Source: a virus. Taken from it: DNA of 64,000 nt. Positions 9,139 through 19,500 of the stretch are shown in pieces. Where the stretch lies: positions 32,001-96,000 of the IMG/VR virus record IMGVR_UViG_3300020193_000004, one strand, 5' to 3'. A program made the translations under genes and the position numbers. The notes under the pieces were generated by a model. It had not been told where the DNA came from, searched no databases, and worked only from the letters and a program-made list of their open reading frames with translations. Each line of letters starts with the position of its first letter. The stretch's first letter is position 1.

Positions 9139-9411
9139 ATGTCCACCCAGCCCATCGACCTCAGCGCCGCCTCCCCGCAGGAGTTCCGGGGGCGTCTGGG
9201 GGAGCTGGTGCAGATCAGCTTGCAGAGGTCCGGGGCCTGCGTCCTGGTCGCCCGAGGGATCCAGGAGGTGTCCATCCTGAATCCCGGGATCCTGGACGCC
9301 GTCCCAGATGAAGACATCGCCGCAGCGCTGCTCGAGGTGTGGACCGATGAAGAGGTTCTTCGCTACCTCGAGCAGCGGGCCGAGCGCCGCAAGGGAGGCC
9401 GACATGGGTGA
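9139..9411 (+). CDS. hypothetical protein
   Basis: GAGGT RBS; overlaps next gene start. Confidence 0.6.
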   Translation: MSTQPIDLSAASPQEFRGRLGELVQISLQRSGACVLVARGIQEVSILNPGILDAVPDEDIAAALLEVWTDEEVLRYLEQRAERRKGGRHG

Positions 9412-9760
9412 GGGCAACAGGGTCATCGACGCCAGGGAGATATTCGCGGCACGCGCGAAGGAGGCCGTGAAGTACCCCTACTTCTCGCCCAACATGCGGT
9501 ACCTCCGCGAGCTCTGCTCGAGTATCTGCAAGACCCGCCTGCACAAGATGAAGGTCAGCCGCAAGACGCCGCCACCGCCGGACGTCGTCCAGGAACTGGT
9601 CAATGCTATCTCCCGCAATGTGCACCAGGTCCTCGACTGTCATGTCCTGCTGAACCGTACCGGGTGGCTCGTCGTCTTCGAGGCGGGCGACGAGAACGAG
9701 CGGTTCAACTACAGCCTGGTGGTCGACTGGAAGTGGATCCTGCACGAAAACTATGCGTAG
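9404..9760 (+). CDS. hypothetical protein (start MGEGNRV)
   Basis: GGGAGG RBS; coupled to neighbours. Confidence 0.6.
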   Translation: MGEGNRVIDAREIFAARAKEAVKYPYFSPNMRYLRELCSSICKTRLHKMKVSRKTPPPPDVVQELVNAISRNVHQVLDCHVLLNRTGWLVVFEAGDENERFNYSLVVDWKWILHENYA

Positions 9761-10709
9761 ACCTGCCATAGGGACCAGTCCCCGCCAGCGTACACCCAAC
9801 CCGGAGAGTGACGAAGTGCCGTACGAAATCGAACACACCACCGTGGAACTGCCCCTCGACACGATTGCGGTCGGGCGGAACATCAAGAACATCCGAACGG
9901 TGTTCAACGACGACAGCACCGTGGAGCTCGCGAAGAGCATCTTCCACGACGGACTGCTGAACCCCCTGGTGGTCATGCCGACCACCGACCCCGAGAGCGG
10001 AGAGGCGATCATCGAGCTGGTGTGTGGCGCCCGGCGTATGCGCGCCATCAGCTGGATCCGCGAGAACCTCGACCCGGACTGGAGCGCCGGAGAGGTGCGG
10101 TGCACCCAGTTCGCCGGCACCCTCGAGGACGCCAAGCTCCTAAACGGCGTCGAGAACGTCGAGCGCGAGAACGTCGACGAGGTCGACACCTGCGCCTGGC
10201 TCTACCACATGGTCGAGGAAGAGGGCCGGACCCAGGATGACCTCGCCGAGCGGATGCACCGTAGCGGGCAGTGGGTCTCGCTCCGCCTCACCGTGCATCG
10301 CAAGGGCAGCGACGAGCTCAAACAGGCCCTGCGCGAGGGGCTCATCTCCATCAGCGCGGCGTACGAGCTCGCGAAGAACCTGTCCAAGGAAGACCAGGAC
10401 AAGCGGGTGAAGAGGGCTCGCACCAACGCGGAGAAGCTCATCACCCTCGAAGAGGCGACCACCGCCGGCGACCCGGACAGGGTGCCGCGCCCCAGCAAGA
10501 AGAAGATTGCCGAGATGCTCGCGAAGGCCGAGCAGGCGTCGGCGAACCTGAAGAAGCGGAACGCGCACGGCACGGCCATGGGCCTCCGCTACGTCCTCGG
10601 TCTCTGCTCCGAGGACGAGGCGACCCGAGCGATCGAGTTCGAGCCGGAAGAGGAACCGTCCGGCGGGAACGAGAGGACCGACGACGCCGAGGACTCCAAG
10701 GAGGAGTGA
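9753..10709 (+). CDS. ParB/RepB/Spo0J-family protein
   Basis: ELAKSIFHDGLLNPLVV...LVCGARRMRA...ENVERE and HTH TQDDLAERMHRSGQWVS. Confidence 0.85.
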   Translation: MRRPAIGTSPRQRTPNPESDEVPYEIEHTTVELPLDTIAVGRNIKNIRTVFNDDSTVELAKSIFHDGLLNPLVVMPTTDPESGEAIIELVCGARRMRAISWIRENLDPDWSAGEVRCTQFAGTLEDAKLLNGVENVERENVDEVDTCAWLYHMVEEEGRTQDDLAERMHRSGQWVSLRLTVHRKGSDELKQALREGLISISAAYELAKNLSKEDQDKRVKRARTNAEKLITLEEATTAGDPDRVPRPSKKKIAEMLAKAEQASANLKKRNAHGTAMGLRYVLGLCSEDEATRAIEFEPEEEPSGGNERTDDAEDSKEE

Positions 10710-10711
10710 GG

Positions 10712-10861
10712 ATGTTCACGTGGTTCAGCACTCGCGTAGTGCTCGGCGTCAACCTTCGTACGGGCGAGGCAGTACTCTTCCTCGTCGACTTCGATGTCCG
10801 AGGGCAGCCGAACTACACCCCGCTCGCCAGTGGCTACGGAAACCTGGCTGCGGCAGCGTAG
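10712..10861 (+). CDS. small hypothetical protein (MFTWFSTR...)
   Basis: GGAG/GAGG upstream; lies between parB-like stop and terminator. Confidence 0.4.
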   Translation: MFTWFSTRVVLGVNLRTGEAVLFLVDFDVRGQPNYTPLASGYGNLAAAA

Positions 10862-10883
10862 ACCACATCCACCCCACAGCAGG

Positions 10884-10917
10884 ACGGCCCCGAGGCGACT
10901 CGGGGCCGTTTCTGTTT
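10884..10917 (+). terminator. intrinsic terminator
   Basis: ACGGCCCCGAG-GCGA-CTCGGGGCCGT stem (GNRA loop) followed by TTCTGTTT. Confidence 0.8.
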
Positions 10918-10951
10918 GCTTACAACCTATACAACTACATGGTGCTCTCAC

Positions 10952-12001
10952 ATGCACGAGATCGCGGACATCCGCCGCATCGACACCGCCCTGCTCCGCG
11001 CACGGCACTTCCCGACATACCAGAAGACCGGGCTCTTCGACATCCTCGGCAAGCTGGCGTGGAAGTCGCCGCTCATCCTCAAGGGTCCGAAGGGGGCCGG
11101 CAAGACGCTCGGTGTCGAGCAGTGGGCTTACGAGAACAAGGTGCCCTTCCTTAGGAAGAGCTGCACCGCGGACACCGGTGACCGTCAGTTGCTGGGCGCG
11201 CACACGCTCAAGAGCTTCACCGAGAGCTACTTCAGCCTGGGCGTTCTCTCCACCGCCATCGACGTAGCGAACCAGACGGGCCGGTGCCTTCTGGTCCTCG
11301 AGGAGATCAACGCGCTCAACGAGGAAGCGCAGAAGGTCGTCAACTCCATCGCCGATTACCGGCGCGAGGTCGACCTGCCGCACGTGGGCATGGTGTACCG
11401 CCTCAACGACGAGGAGGTGTCCCCCTTCGACGGCAAGGTCGTCGAGCTGGAAGCCATCAACGACTACCAGACCTCCCTGGTGATCGTGAACGCGCTCGAG
11501 GAGGAGGTCCATGAGCTGAAAGTGGCGACGCTCCTCCTCCGCCCGGAGGTGGTGCTGAACGCCGTCGTCAAGAAGGGGGAAGCCCTCTCGGATCGTCCGC
11601 AGCTCTGGGTCGTCGGTACGATGAACCCCGGGTACGGCGGCACCTACGACCTGAACGAGGACTTCCGGTCCCGCTTCAAGTTCATCGAGGTCGGCTTCAT
11701 GGACGACGCCAAGGAGACGGCCGTGCTCCACGGGAAGTTCCCGAGCAAGCCCACGGCGGCGGAAGAGGCGTTCATCCGACACCTCCGCTCCTTGGCGAAG
11801 GAGACCCGCGGCGGGAAGTACGGGTACGCGCTCTCGCTGCGCGACCTCGAGCAGGTGATCGAGGACTACCTGTCCCTGCTGTCGCTCCCGCTGGCGCTCA
11901 AGATGCTCGAGGGGAAGTTCGACTCCCAGTACACCAACGACCTCCAGGCGCGCGTGAAGAGCGTCTTCAGCGTGGACCTCACGCAGGTGACCCTGCTGTG
12001 A
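10952..12001 (+). CDS. MoxR/CbbQ/CobS-type AAA+ ATPase
   Basis: Walker A GPKGAGKT, Walker B LVLEEIN, sensor-1 GTMNPGY, arginine finger FRSRF, sensor-2 SLRDL. Confidence 0.9.
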   Translation: MHEIADIRRIDTALLRARHFPTYQKTGLFDILGKLAWKSPLILKGPKGAGKTLGVEQWAYENKVPFLRKSCTADTGDRQLLGAHTLKSFTESYFSLGVLSTAIDVANQTGRCLLVLEEINALNEEAQKVVNSIADYRREVDLPHVGMVYRLNDEEVSPFDGKVVELEAINDYQTSLVIVNALEEEVHELKVATLLLRPEVVLNAVVKKGEALSDRPQLWVVGTMNPGYGGTYDLNEDFRSRFKFIEVGFMDDAKETAVLHGKFPSKPTAAEEAFIRHLRSLAKETRGGKYGYALSLRDLEQVIEDYLSLLSLPLALKMLEGKFDSQYTNDLQARVKSVFSVDLTQVTLL

Positions 12002-12219
12002 GCGATCTCATCAAGAAGCCGAAGAGCCTGTATTGGCGCCAACGGCACGGGCCCGACGACGGACCCTTCTGCGGCGAGTGCGGTGAGCCGGTGATGCTCC
12101 TGGCCACCGACTTCACGTACCTGCCCGCGTTCTACGTGTGCATCTCTGCCAACTGCGGGTGGATCGGACAGATCGGCGTCGGCCCAGTACCGGATCTTAC
12201 CGATAAGGAGGAGCGTTGA
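11998..12219 (+). CDS. small zinc-ribbon protein
   Basis: CGEC...CISANC. Confidence 0.6.
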   Translation: MSDLIKKPKSLYWRQRHGPDDGPFCGECGEPVMLLATDFTYLPAFYVCISANCGWIGQIGVGPVPDLTDKEER

Positions 12220-12794
12220 TGCCTGATTACGACGCAACGACAGCGTCGAGGAAGGGGGAGAAAGTCCTCCGCCACGGCATCTCCACCAAGAACTTCTGGG
12301 GCACGCCCGGAGACGTGTTCCAGGAGCTGGACAAGGAGTTCGACTTCGACCTGGACGCCGCGGCCGAGAGGGGGTCCGCGAAGTGCAGCGACTGGCTCGG
12401 GCTCGATCATCCGGATCCGACCAGACGAGACTCCCTTGGAGGGCCTTCCTGGCCCGGGCTGCGGTCGTTCCTCAACCCGTCCTACTCGCCCGACGGCGGT
12501 ACGCTCTTCCGCTGGACAGTACGAGCCCACAGCGAGTCCAAGAACAAGGAGCACGTGGTGTGTCTCCTGCCTGGGACGGCGGACACGGACTGGGCGAACT
12601 ACTGCTTCGAGCACGCCGACGAGATGCGGTTCACGCCGCGCATTGCGTTCATCGACCCCAACGGCGGGCGAACGGCGCCGATGGGAGGTTCGCTCGTGGT
12701 GGTGTTCCGCAAGGAGCCGATCTGGAGGACCACCCTCTACCTCGACCATGCCTACGTGACCCTCGGCTACGCGCCGTGGAAGAAGGGGAAGTGA
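12219..12794 (+). CDS. phage DNA N6-adenine methyltransferase (Dam-like phage family)
   Basis: WGTP..F..L..EF.FDLDAAA; catalytic motif IV as NPSY; VCLLP..DT.W; RIAF. Confidence 0.8.
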   Translation: MPDYDATTASRKGEKVLRHGISTKNFWGTPGDVFQELDKEFDFDLDAAAERGSAKCSDWLGLDHPDPTRRDSLGGPSWPGLRSFLNPSYSPDGGTLFRWTVRAHSESKNKEHVVCLLPGTADTDWANYCFEHADEMRFTPRIAFIDPNGGRTAPMGGSLVVVFRKEPIWRTTLYLDHAYVTLGYAPWKKGK

Positions 12795-12973
12795 TGAACG
12801 GCCGCACCGGTGGCTGGATCTGCACGAGCCACGTAGTGGAGTTCTACCCACTTGACCCACGCATGCCCGCGCTCCCTCCCCCGCTCCCGGAGCCACTTCG
12901 CCCGTGGGTACCGGCCATCGCCAAGACGCGCTTCCTCACGCGTTTCCACCAACTCAAGGAGCGGCTGCAATGA
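12794..12973 (+). CDS. small hypothetical protein
   Basis: Fills gap with start/stop overlaps on both sides. Confidence 0.45.
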   Translation: MNGRTGGWICTSHVVEFYPLDPRMPALPPPLPEPLRPWVPAIAKTRFLTRFHQLKERLQ

Positions 12974-14901
12974 TGACCACGCAGGGACTCGGCGTAGCGC
13001 CGACTCGTCCACCCCTCGACCTCGGACCGATGACAGGCCCGCCCGAGTACATCCGCCAGCGTGCGGAGAACCTGGTTCGCGCGTTCGCGGGCCTGCTCGA
13101 CGTGCCGGAGATCAAGCTCGTCGACAGCTTCCCCGAGGGCGGGAAGACGGACTGCTTCAGCACCATCTGGGTGCCGATGCAGGACCCGGAAGGCTACCTC
13201 GTCACCGAACACGAGCTCTCCCACTGGCTCTTTGAGACCGACTGCGTCGCCACGACCAAGGTCGTCGAGAAGATCTCCAGCCGGCTGCTGAACGCCGCGG
13301 GGCTGAAGATGGGCACGGACGCTGCCCTGGCCTACGAGAAGCACCTCGGGAAGATCGTCCACCACCTGTGGAACATCCTCGAGGACTGGCGGTGCTGCTG
13401 GGCGTGGACCCGCCTGTACCCCGGCGGAGGGGCACTGCTGCAGCAGCGGTGGCACGACATCTCGGAGCATGAGGTACCGAAGGAGGCGCTGAAGCAGAAC
13501 CTCGTGACCTGCCTGGGCGCCTACGCCGTCGGCGTCGACGAGCCGGACGTGCCGCAGGCCTTCAAGGACTGCAAGAAGGCGATGCGCCGGGCCCTGAACC
13601 TCGTGGAGGGCGTGGACGCGATGGCCTGCCTGGCCATCACCTCGCGCCTCATCGACGAGATCGGGGACGCCCTCCTGGACAACAATCCTCCGCCTCCGCC
13701 CCCTCCGCCCGGTGGTGGGGGTGGTGGGCAGGGGTCGTCTCCCGCGCAGCAGCAGCAGCAGAAGCTCCAGCAGGCGCTCCGGCTGCTGAAGCTCCTGTGT
13801 GGCGCGGTGCCCAGGAGCGGGCAGTTCGCCCTGAAGGACAAGGGCCAGGGCATCGGGGACGCGGACATCGCCGACCCGCCGGAGCGGGAGAAGCTGCGGC
13901 GGGAGAGGACGGAGGGGCGACTGGTCACCATCGACCGCCTTCTCGGAGCAGACGACAAGGAGACCGACGAGTCCGGGATGACGCCCTTCGGCCTCATTCT
14001 GGCCCAGGGCGGGGAGAGCATGGAGGCGCGACTCGAGGCTGCACGGGCCGCCATGCTACGTCGGCTGGACACGCCGGACGAGAGCAACGCGGCCGCCCAC
14101 CTCGGCTGGTCGCGCGAGGCGGGGATCCCCATCGTGCACGTCAAGGCGCAGCGGGATCTGCCGCCCCCGACGCACGTGGGCTACGAGAACCGGCGCATCC
14201 TCGAGCAGCTCCGCATGCAGAAGCGGAGGAAAAAGGACTTCGACGGCGAGCTGAACACCGAGCGGCTGCTCTCGGCGATCGGCGCCGGCGAGCTCGATCG
14301 CCCGCTGTACGACAAGCTGGTCCGGGTCCCGCAGTTCGAGCTCCTCTTCGTGCTCGACGTCAGCGGGTCGATGACGATGGGCCAGGCGATGGCGCTCTCC
14401 GAGCGGGCGATCGCCGACTCCGTCTTCGCGGTCCAGGCCATCCGGTCGAAGGCGTACATGTGGGGCTTCTCTGACAAGCTCTACATGTTCGACAAGCCTG
14501 GGTCGCCGACGACGGCCGGGATCCTCTATGGCTCGACCTGCACGGTACAGGCGCTCGATGTCGCGCACAAGTGGGGCAAGAAGGCTCCAATGAAGCGAGC
14601 GGTGATGCTCGTGACCGACGGGTGGCCCACGAGCGTGCGGGCGCGGAATAGCACGGGCAACCCGCTCACGGACCTGCACGCCGTGCTGTCCGAGATGCGC
14701 GAGAGCAAGATCCCGCTCTCCGTACTGGCCATCCAGCACCAGGGACACGCCCTGGAGCAGGCGGTGAAGCAGTACGACATGGCATTCGGGCCCGGCGGCT
14801 ATGGCATGCTCGGGACCTTCGACGACCTGGCCAAGGAACTCCCCAAGGCGGTGCGAATCCTCGCGTCTGCCCACATCCAGAAGGGACTGACACGTACATG
14901 A
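12970..14901 (+). CDS. vWA-domain protein with N-terminal HExxH metallopeptidase-like domain (CobT-like MoxR partner)
   Basis: HELSH...NILEDWR; MIDAS LDVSGSM...T...VTDG; Pro/Gly/Gln linker. Confidence 0.85.
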   Translation: MMTTQGLGVAPTRPPLDLGPMTGPPEYIRQRAENLVRAFAGLLDVPEIKLVDSFPEGGKTDCFSTIWVPMQDPEGYLVTEHELSHWLFETDCVATTKVVEKISSRLLNAAGLKMGTDAALAYEKHLGKIVHHLWNILEDWRCCWAWTRLYPGGGALLQQRWHDISEHEVPKEALKQNLVTCLGAYAVGVDEPDVPQAFKDCKKAMRRALNLVEGVDAMACLAITSRLIDEIGDALLDNNPPPPPPPPGGGGGGQGSSPAQQQQQKLQQALRLLKLLCGAVPRSGQFALKDKGQGIGDADIADPPEREKLRRERTEGRLVTIDRLLGADDKETDESGMTPFGLILAQGGESMEARLEAARAAMLRRLDTPDESNAAAHLGWSREAGIPIVHVKAQRDLPPPTHVGYENRRILEQLRMQKRRKKDFDGELNTERLLSAIGAGELDRPLYDKLVRVPQFELLFVLDVSGSMTMGQAMALSERAIADSVFAVQAIRSKAYMWGFSDKLYMFDKPGSPTTAGILYGSTCTVQALDVAHKWGKKAPMKRAVMLVTDGWPTSVRARNSTGNPLTDLHAVLSEMRESKIPLSVLAIQHQGHALEQAVKQYDMAFGPGGYGMLGTFDDLAKELPKAVRILASAHIQKGLTRT

Positions 14902-15104
14902 GTAGTAGCTCGGAGCACGAGAAGTGCGACCACACCGAGTTTGAGTTCAGCCGGTGCGAGGTCGACGGCGGCGACCTCATCTTTCACGTCAACTGCTGCG
15001 CCTGCGGGCGGTCCGGCAGTGTCATCATCACCAGCGAAGACGTTCATCTCGTACTGGCGAGCTTCGTTACGAGAGGAATGTCTTCGAGCGACGTGCTCTG
15101 GTAG
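14898..15104 (+). CDS. small Cys-rich protein
   Basis: CDH...CCACG; ATGA overlap. Confidence 0.5.
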   Translation: MSSSSEHEKCDHTEFEFSRCEVDGGDLIFHVNCCACGRSGSVIITSEDVHLVLASFVTRGMSSSDVLW

Positions 15105-15118
15105 CACACAGGAGTTCT

Positions 15119-15475
15119 ATGCACACCCGTAACTACGACGTCTTCCAGAGTGAGCTGTACCAGCTGCTCGGCAAGTCCAAAGTGGAGAACTTCTTCTTCG
15201 CCACCGTCACCTTCGACGGTGGCGACCTGACCGACCTACCGGTGATGGCGAACGTGGTGGGCAACCGCGAGCAGAACCTCGGCCCGGCACGCCTGACAGC
15301 AGTCATGGTGGAGCAGTGCGTAAAGGCCCTGATCCAGCTGACGATGCGGTACTGCGGACTCCAGCTCCACCAGGCGGTCGGAGTCATGGTCGAGTCGACC
15401 AAGGCTGCCGCCTTCGAGTTGCAGCAGCAGCAGGAGGCGTACCTGCAGAGCCAGCGTGGGCACGCCGAGGGGTAG
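15119..15475 (+). CDS. hypothetical protein
   Basis: AGGAG RBS; sub-ORF of 14954..15475. Confidence 0.6.
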   Translation: MHTRNYDVFQSELYQLLGKSKVENFFFATVTFDGGDLTDLPVMANVVGNREQNLGPARLTAVMVEQCVKALIQLTMRYCGLQLHQAVGVMVESTKAAAFELQQQQEAYLQSQRGHAEG

Positions 15476-15646
15476 TCGGCTGAAGGGGTGTCTGCACACG
15501 GCGCTCACCGCGCCCGTGCGGGCCCTCTTCTTGTACCTGGACTGGCGCAGACGGCGCGCCGACGCGCGGTGGAGGCGGGACGTGTGAAGCCCCATCACGA
15601 GCTTGCGTTCAAGGTATACGCGTGATACCTAAGGAAGGGAGGTTGA

Positions 15647-16261
15647 ATGTGCTCCTTTCCTGAGTGTGAGAAGGACGACTACTGCGGTGGCCTGTGCCGA
15701 GGGCACTACGCCCAGAAGCGCAAAGGCCAAGAGCTCAGACCGCTGCAGGACCGCAGAAAGCCCAACCGCTACGTCGTCGTGGATGACGAGGCGCACATCA
15801 TCCTCGTGGACCGCGAAGGTAGTCCGCAGGGCTTCGCTCGCGTGTCTCTCGAGGATCTCGATCGTGTACTACGTCTCCGCTGGCACCGTGCGGCAAAGGG
15901 CTACGTCGCTGCGCACGTCTACGGCACGACCTCGAACACCGTCTTCTTGCACCGCTACATCCTCGACGCACCAGAGCGGGACGAAGTCGACCACAGGAAT
16001 GGGGACCGCCGGAACTGCACGCGCGGGAACCTTCGACTCGGAACCTTGATCCTGAACAGCGAGAACCGCGGGAGTACCGGAGCCACCGGGTACAGGAACA
16101 TCTACCGGTACGGCGACCGCTTCAGGGTGGCCGTGGTGAAGAACCGCAAGCAGTACTGGGGTGGCTACCACGACACGATCGAGGAGGCAGAAGAGGAAGC
16201 CCGCAGGCTACGCACGCGGCTCTTCACCTTCCACAACGAAGAGCGCAGCCGTGCGTCTTGA
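15647..16261 (+). CDS. HNH homing endonuclease with C-terminal AP2-like DNA-binding domain
   Basis: LHRYI...VDHRNGDRRNCTRGNLR; TGYRNIYR...F......WGGYHDTIEEAE; N-terminal C-x4-C...C-x2-H finger; GGAGGT RBS. Confidence 0.85.
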   Translation: MCSFPECEKDDYCGGLCRGHYAQKRKGQELRPLQDRRKPNRYVVVDDEAHIILVDREGSPQGFARVSLEDLDRVLRLRWHRAAKGYVAAHVYGTTSNTVFLHRYILDAPERDEVDHRNGDRRNCTRGNLRLGTLILNSENRGSTGATGYRNIYRYGDRFRVAVVKNRKQYWGGYHDTIEEAEEEARRLRTRLFTFHNEERSRAS

Positions 16262-16523
16262 GGTCTCACCGAAGGCCGAGCGGTACCTGGAGCGCACAGC
16301 CCGCATCCTGTCACGGGACGCGGGCCGACGCCTCAAGCCGGAGGATGTCCTCGAGCTCCTGGTGGAGCTGGCGATCGCGGACGAGGGACTCTACGACCCC
16401 GAGACCGGGGCGTCGCTCAGTAGTACACGGGCTCGGAGCCAGAGCGAGAGAGTCCGAGGCTCAGAACCTTCTGGGCGGTTCGCGCTCCAGCACCTAAGCC
16501 AACGCCTTCGGGACGAGGATTGA
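16251..16523 (+). CDS. small hypothetical (possible ribbon-helix-helix) protein
   Basis: GTG start overlapping HNH gene end; 3' end overlaps convergent polyprotein gene. Confidence 0.4.
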   Translation: MRLEVSPKAERYLERTARILSRDAGRRLKPEDVLELLVELAIADEGLYDPETGASLSSTRARSQSERVRGSEPSGRFALQHLSQRLRDED

Positions 16524-19500
16524 CCGCCTGGTCGGCGGTTCTCTTTAGGGTGGCCAGCCCCAGGCCCACTGCTCCAGTACCGAGCGCCCCGTAGCGGACC
16601 TTCTCAGGGATAGCGTTCCAGTGTGTACCGAGCTCGCGCAGGATGTCTTCCGCACCTGCCGCTTTCACCACCCCTGTGGCTGCGGGCGCAGCACCTGCCT
16701 GCACCGGACGAGACAGCTTCGGGAACTCGATGGGCTTGGTCAGCGCTCTGGCGATGCGGTTTGCCGGACGCGTAGGGTCCACCGCATACTCAGAGTGCTC
16801 CGCGAGGCCCATGGGCACCTGCACGCCGTGTGCTTTCAACACCCCCACGGACTGCCGAACATCGTCCACGCTCGGCAGTCCGTGGATCCCGCGCTCACGT
16901 GCTGCAGCACCCAGTGCCTGCGCCTGTTCGTAGTGCCCGACGACATGGGGGTCGAACGCACTCAAGATCCCCTTGCTGACGGGGTGCAGGCCGCGTTCGC
17001 CCCTGGTTCCGGCAACCAGGCCCGCATGCGCTGCCCCCTCGTAGTACGGACGGAATACCTGCTTCAGGCCTGGGATTTTCGTCCCATATCGCCCGAGGAG
17101 GTGTGCCTTGGCGATGCCTGCGGTGGCAGCCAGCGCCTCTGGAGACGCGAAGGCATAGTGCAGTATGTCGTAGAGGTTCGCCTGTTTTATTGCAGCTGCG
17201 AGCGGTAGCTTGCCGGTGAAAAGGGGTTGTCCTTCTCTCCCCGGGACCGCCTCAAGTGCAGTACGGTTCCCATAAGTCTTCACGACACCAGGCACCTTAT
17301 CAATGGTGTAACCCTGTGTCTTTCCCAGTGAACCCCACACCCGCTGAGCGGCCTCCGACACTTGTTCACCGCTCTTTAGCTCCTGATTCGGCAAGCGCCG
17401 CATGACCTCCCCATACAGCTTCTTTCCCAGACCAAACCCCTGAAACTCGTCATTGATGTGGGTACCAACGATACGACCGTTCAACGTCTCCATATAGCCG
17501 ATCGGACGCCCATTCAGATGCATAGTATGGTCGACCAACCCCGGAAGATATTCGTGCGCTTTGGACACGACCTGCACTGATCGACGCAGGCGACTCCCCG
17601 CCAGCTTCTGCCAGTTGCCGCGGAAGGGGTTGATCGGGATGTGCTTGCCCTGATCCGGGTTCAGGCGAGGGGCGGCGAGCCGCGGCTGCTTCATGCCAGG
17701 CACGCGCGGCCGCTCCCCTTCGTCTCCCACTCCAGGGAGCTCCGCGGCGAGCTTCACACTCCCTTGCTTGGCCCAAGGACTCGAGGCCACCTGCAGGGTG
17801 GGCGCCGGCGGGCGCTGCGTCGGTATCGGGGTCTGCTGCTTGCTGGCGTACGCCTTCAGCGCGATTCCCCCTGTCAGCGCACCAGCCCCAAGGAGGATCT
17901 TGCCCTTGTTCCCGGCTACGAACCCGCCAACACGATTGAGCCCGCTCCGCAGAGCACTGCCAACTCCTCCATCGGCATGCGCCGCGGTGTTCCGTACAGC
18001 CAGAGCAGTATTGGCGGTAGCCGCTTCTGCAGCGGGCGGCGGAGGCGTCACGATCCGTGCGCGCCCCTGCGCGTCGAAGTGCGGGATCCGCGCGGCCAGA
18101 TCCTTCGACCGCTGTGCAGCTACGGGGTCCACGACGGGGCGAGGGGGACGCTCCACGCCCACCCACGGGACCGTGGGGGCCTTGCCCGGGTTCTGCAGGA
18201 CGTTGTGGATCTGATGCTCCGTACGGAAGGCCAGCCGTTTCACGGCAGCGCCTTGGCGCAGGGCCTCTTCAGGAGAGCTCGCCTTCAGTGCGTCGGCCGC
18301 TCCGCGCTGCAGACGGTCGTACCGAGCGGCGATGGCCCTCTGCTTTGCCTCCTCCGAGATGGCGACCTTCTCGAGGGACGACAGCACGGCCGAGCCGACA
18401 GGCACCTCTGCGAGGTTGGACTTCCCCGCGGTCTTCTGGAGGACCCCGAACGACCTCTCTGGTACAACACGTGCTGCATGTGCATGTGCCTGTCGTGCGA
18501 ACTCTTCGGAGGACTGCCCGAAACGTGCCTTCTGCGTGACCACCACTGGCGCTGCACGGCCAACCACGTCGAGCTCGTCAGGTATCACCTCAGCGTACAT
18601 GTGACGCCCCCGCTGCCTTACACGCACGCGAGGGAACCTCCGCGCCCCTTGTTCTGTCGAGCTGTACGCAGGAGAAGCACCCGCCGACACTGAGGCACTG
18701 CTGATAGCTTCCTCTACTTCGGGACCAGCGGCCTTTCGTCCATTCTTGAAGTAGATGCCTGGGCCTTCGTTGTCCAAGGCTTGCCCGAGCAAGAAGGTGT
18801 CCCCCGGCTCAGCCCACTTCGTCCTTGCGAGCGCCGCAGGGGTAACTGCCGCTCCGAGTACTCCACCGAGCAATCCTCCAGCAAGAGCGCCGCGAGTACG
18901 GTTTTTCTTGTCAAGAGCAGCACCGGCTCCAGCACCTGCAAGTCCAAACCCGAGCCCACCAGCAATGCGTGCGCGTAGGGGCGTAGCTACGAGTCCCTCG
19001 AGGGACGACAGTACATTGGCTGCAGTCTTGGAAGAGTTCTGCGAGAACCCGAGACGGTTGAGGGCGCTGGCCCTCTGCTTTGCCTCCTCCGAGATGGCGA
19101 CCTTCTCGAGGGACGACAGCACGCCGGAGGATTTCTGTGCTCGTCGCGCATGTCCCCACAGGCCCTTCGCCAAGGCCAGCCCGACCATCCCTCCAACGAT
19201 GCCCCGCTCTACCGGCGTCCAGCCAGCGATCTTCTTGCCGTGGTTCTGGCGGTCGTGGAAGATTCCGGCCGTCTTGGGCGGGGCCTGCGGTACTGCAGGA
19301 TGTACGGCGTCCCAGAGCTTCTTGACGCCATAGCCGCCCAGGTGGTGGGCGGCGTGGAAGATTCCGGCCGTCTTGGGCGGGGCCTGCGGTACTGCAGGAT
19401 GTACGGCGTCCCAGAGCTTCTTGACGCCATAGCCGCCCAGGGCCGCGGCTCCTGTCGCCAGTGCAGCCCCACCGGCGAACCTACCAGGACGCGCACGTGC

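Noticed and set aside
19254-19441. CRISPR array or DGR template/variable repeat
   Set aside because: Only two long in-frame copies, identical (no adenine-specific differences), no spacers, and no reverse transcriptase or cas gene in the window.
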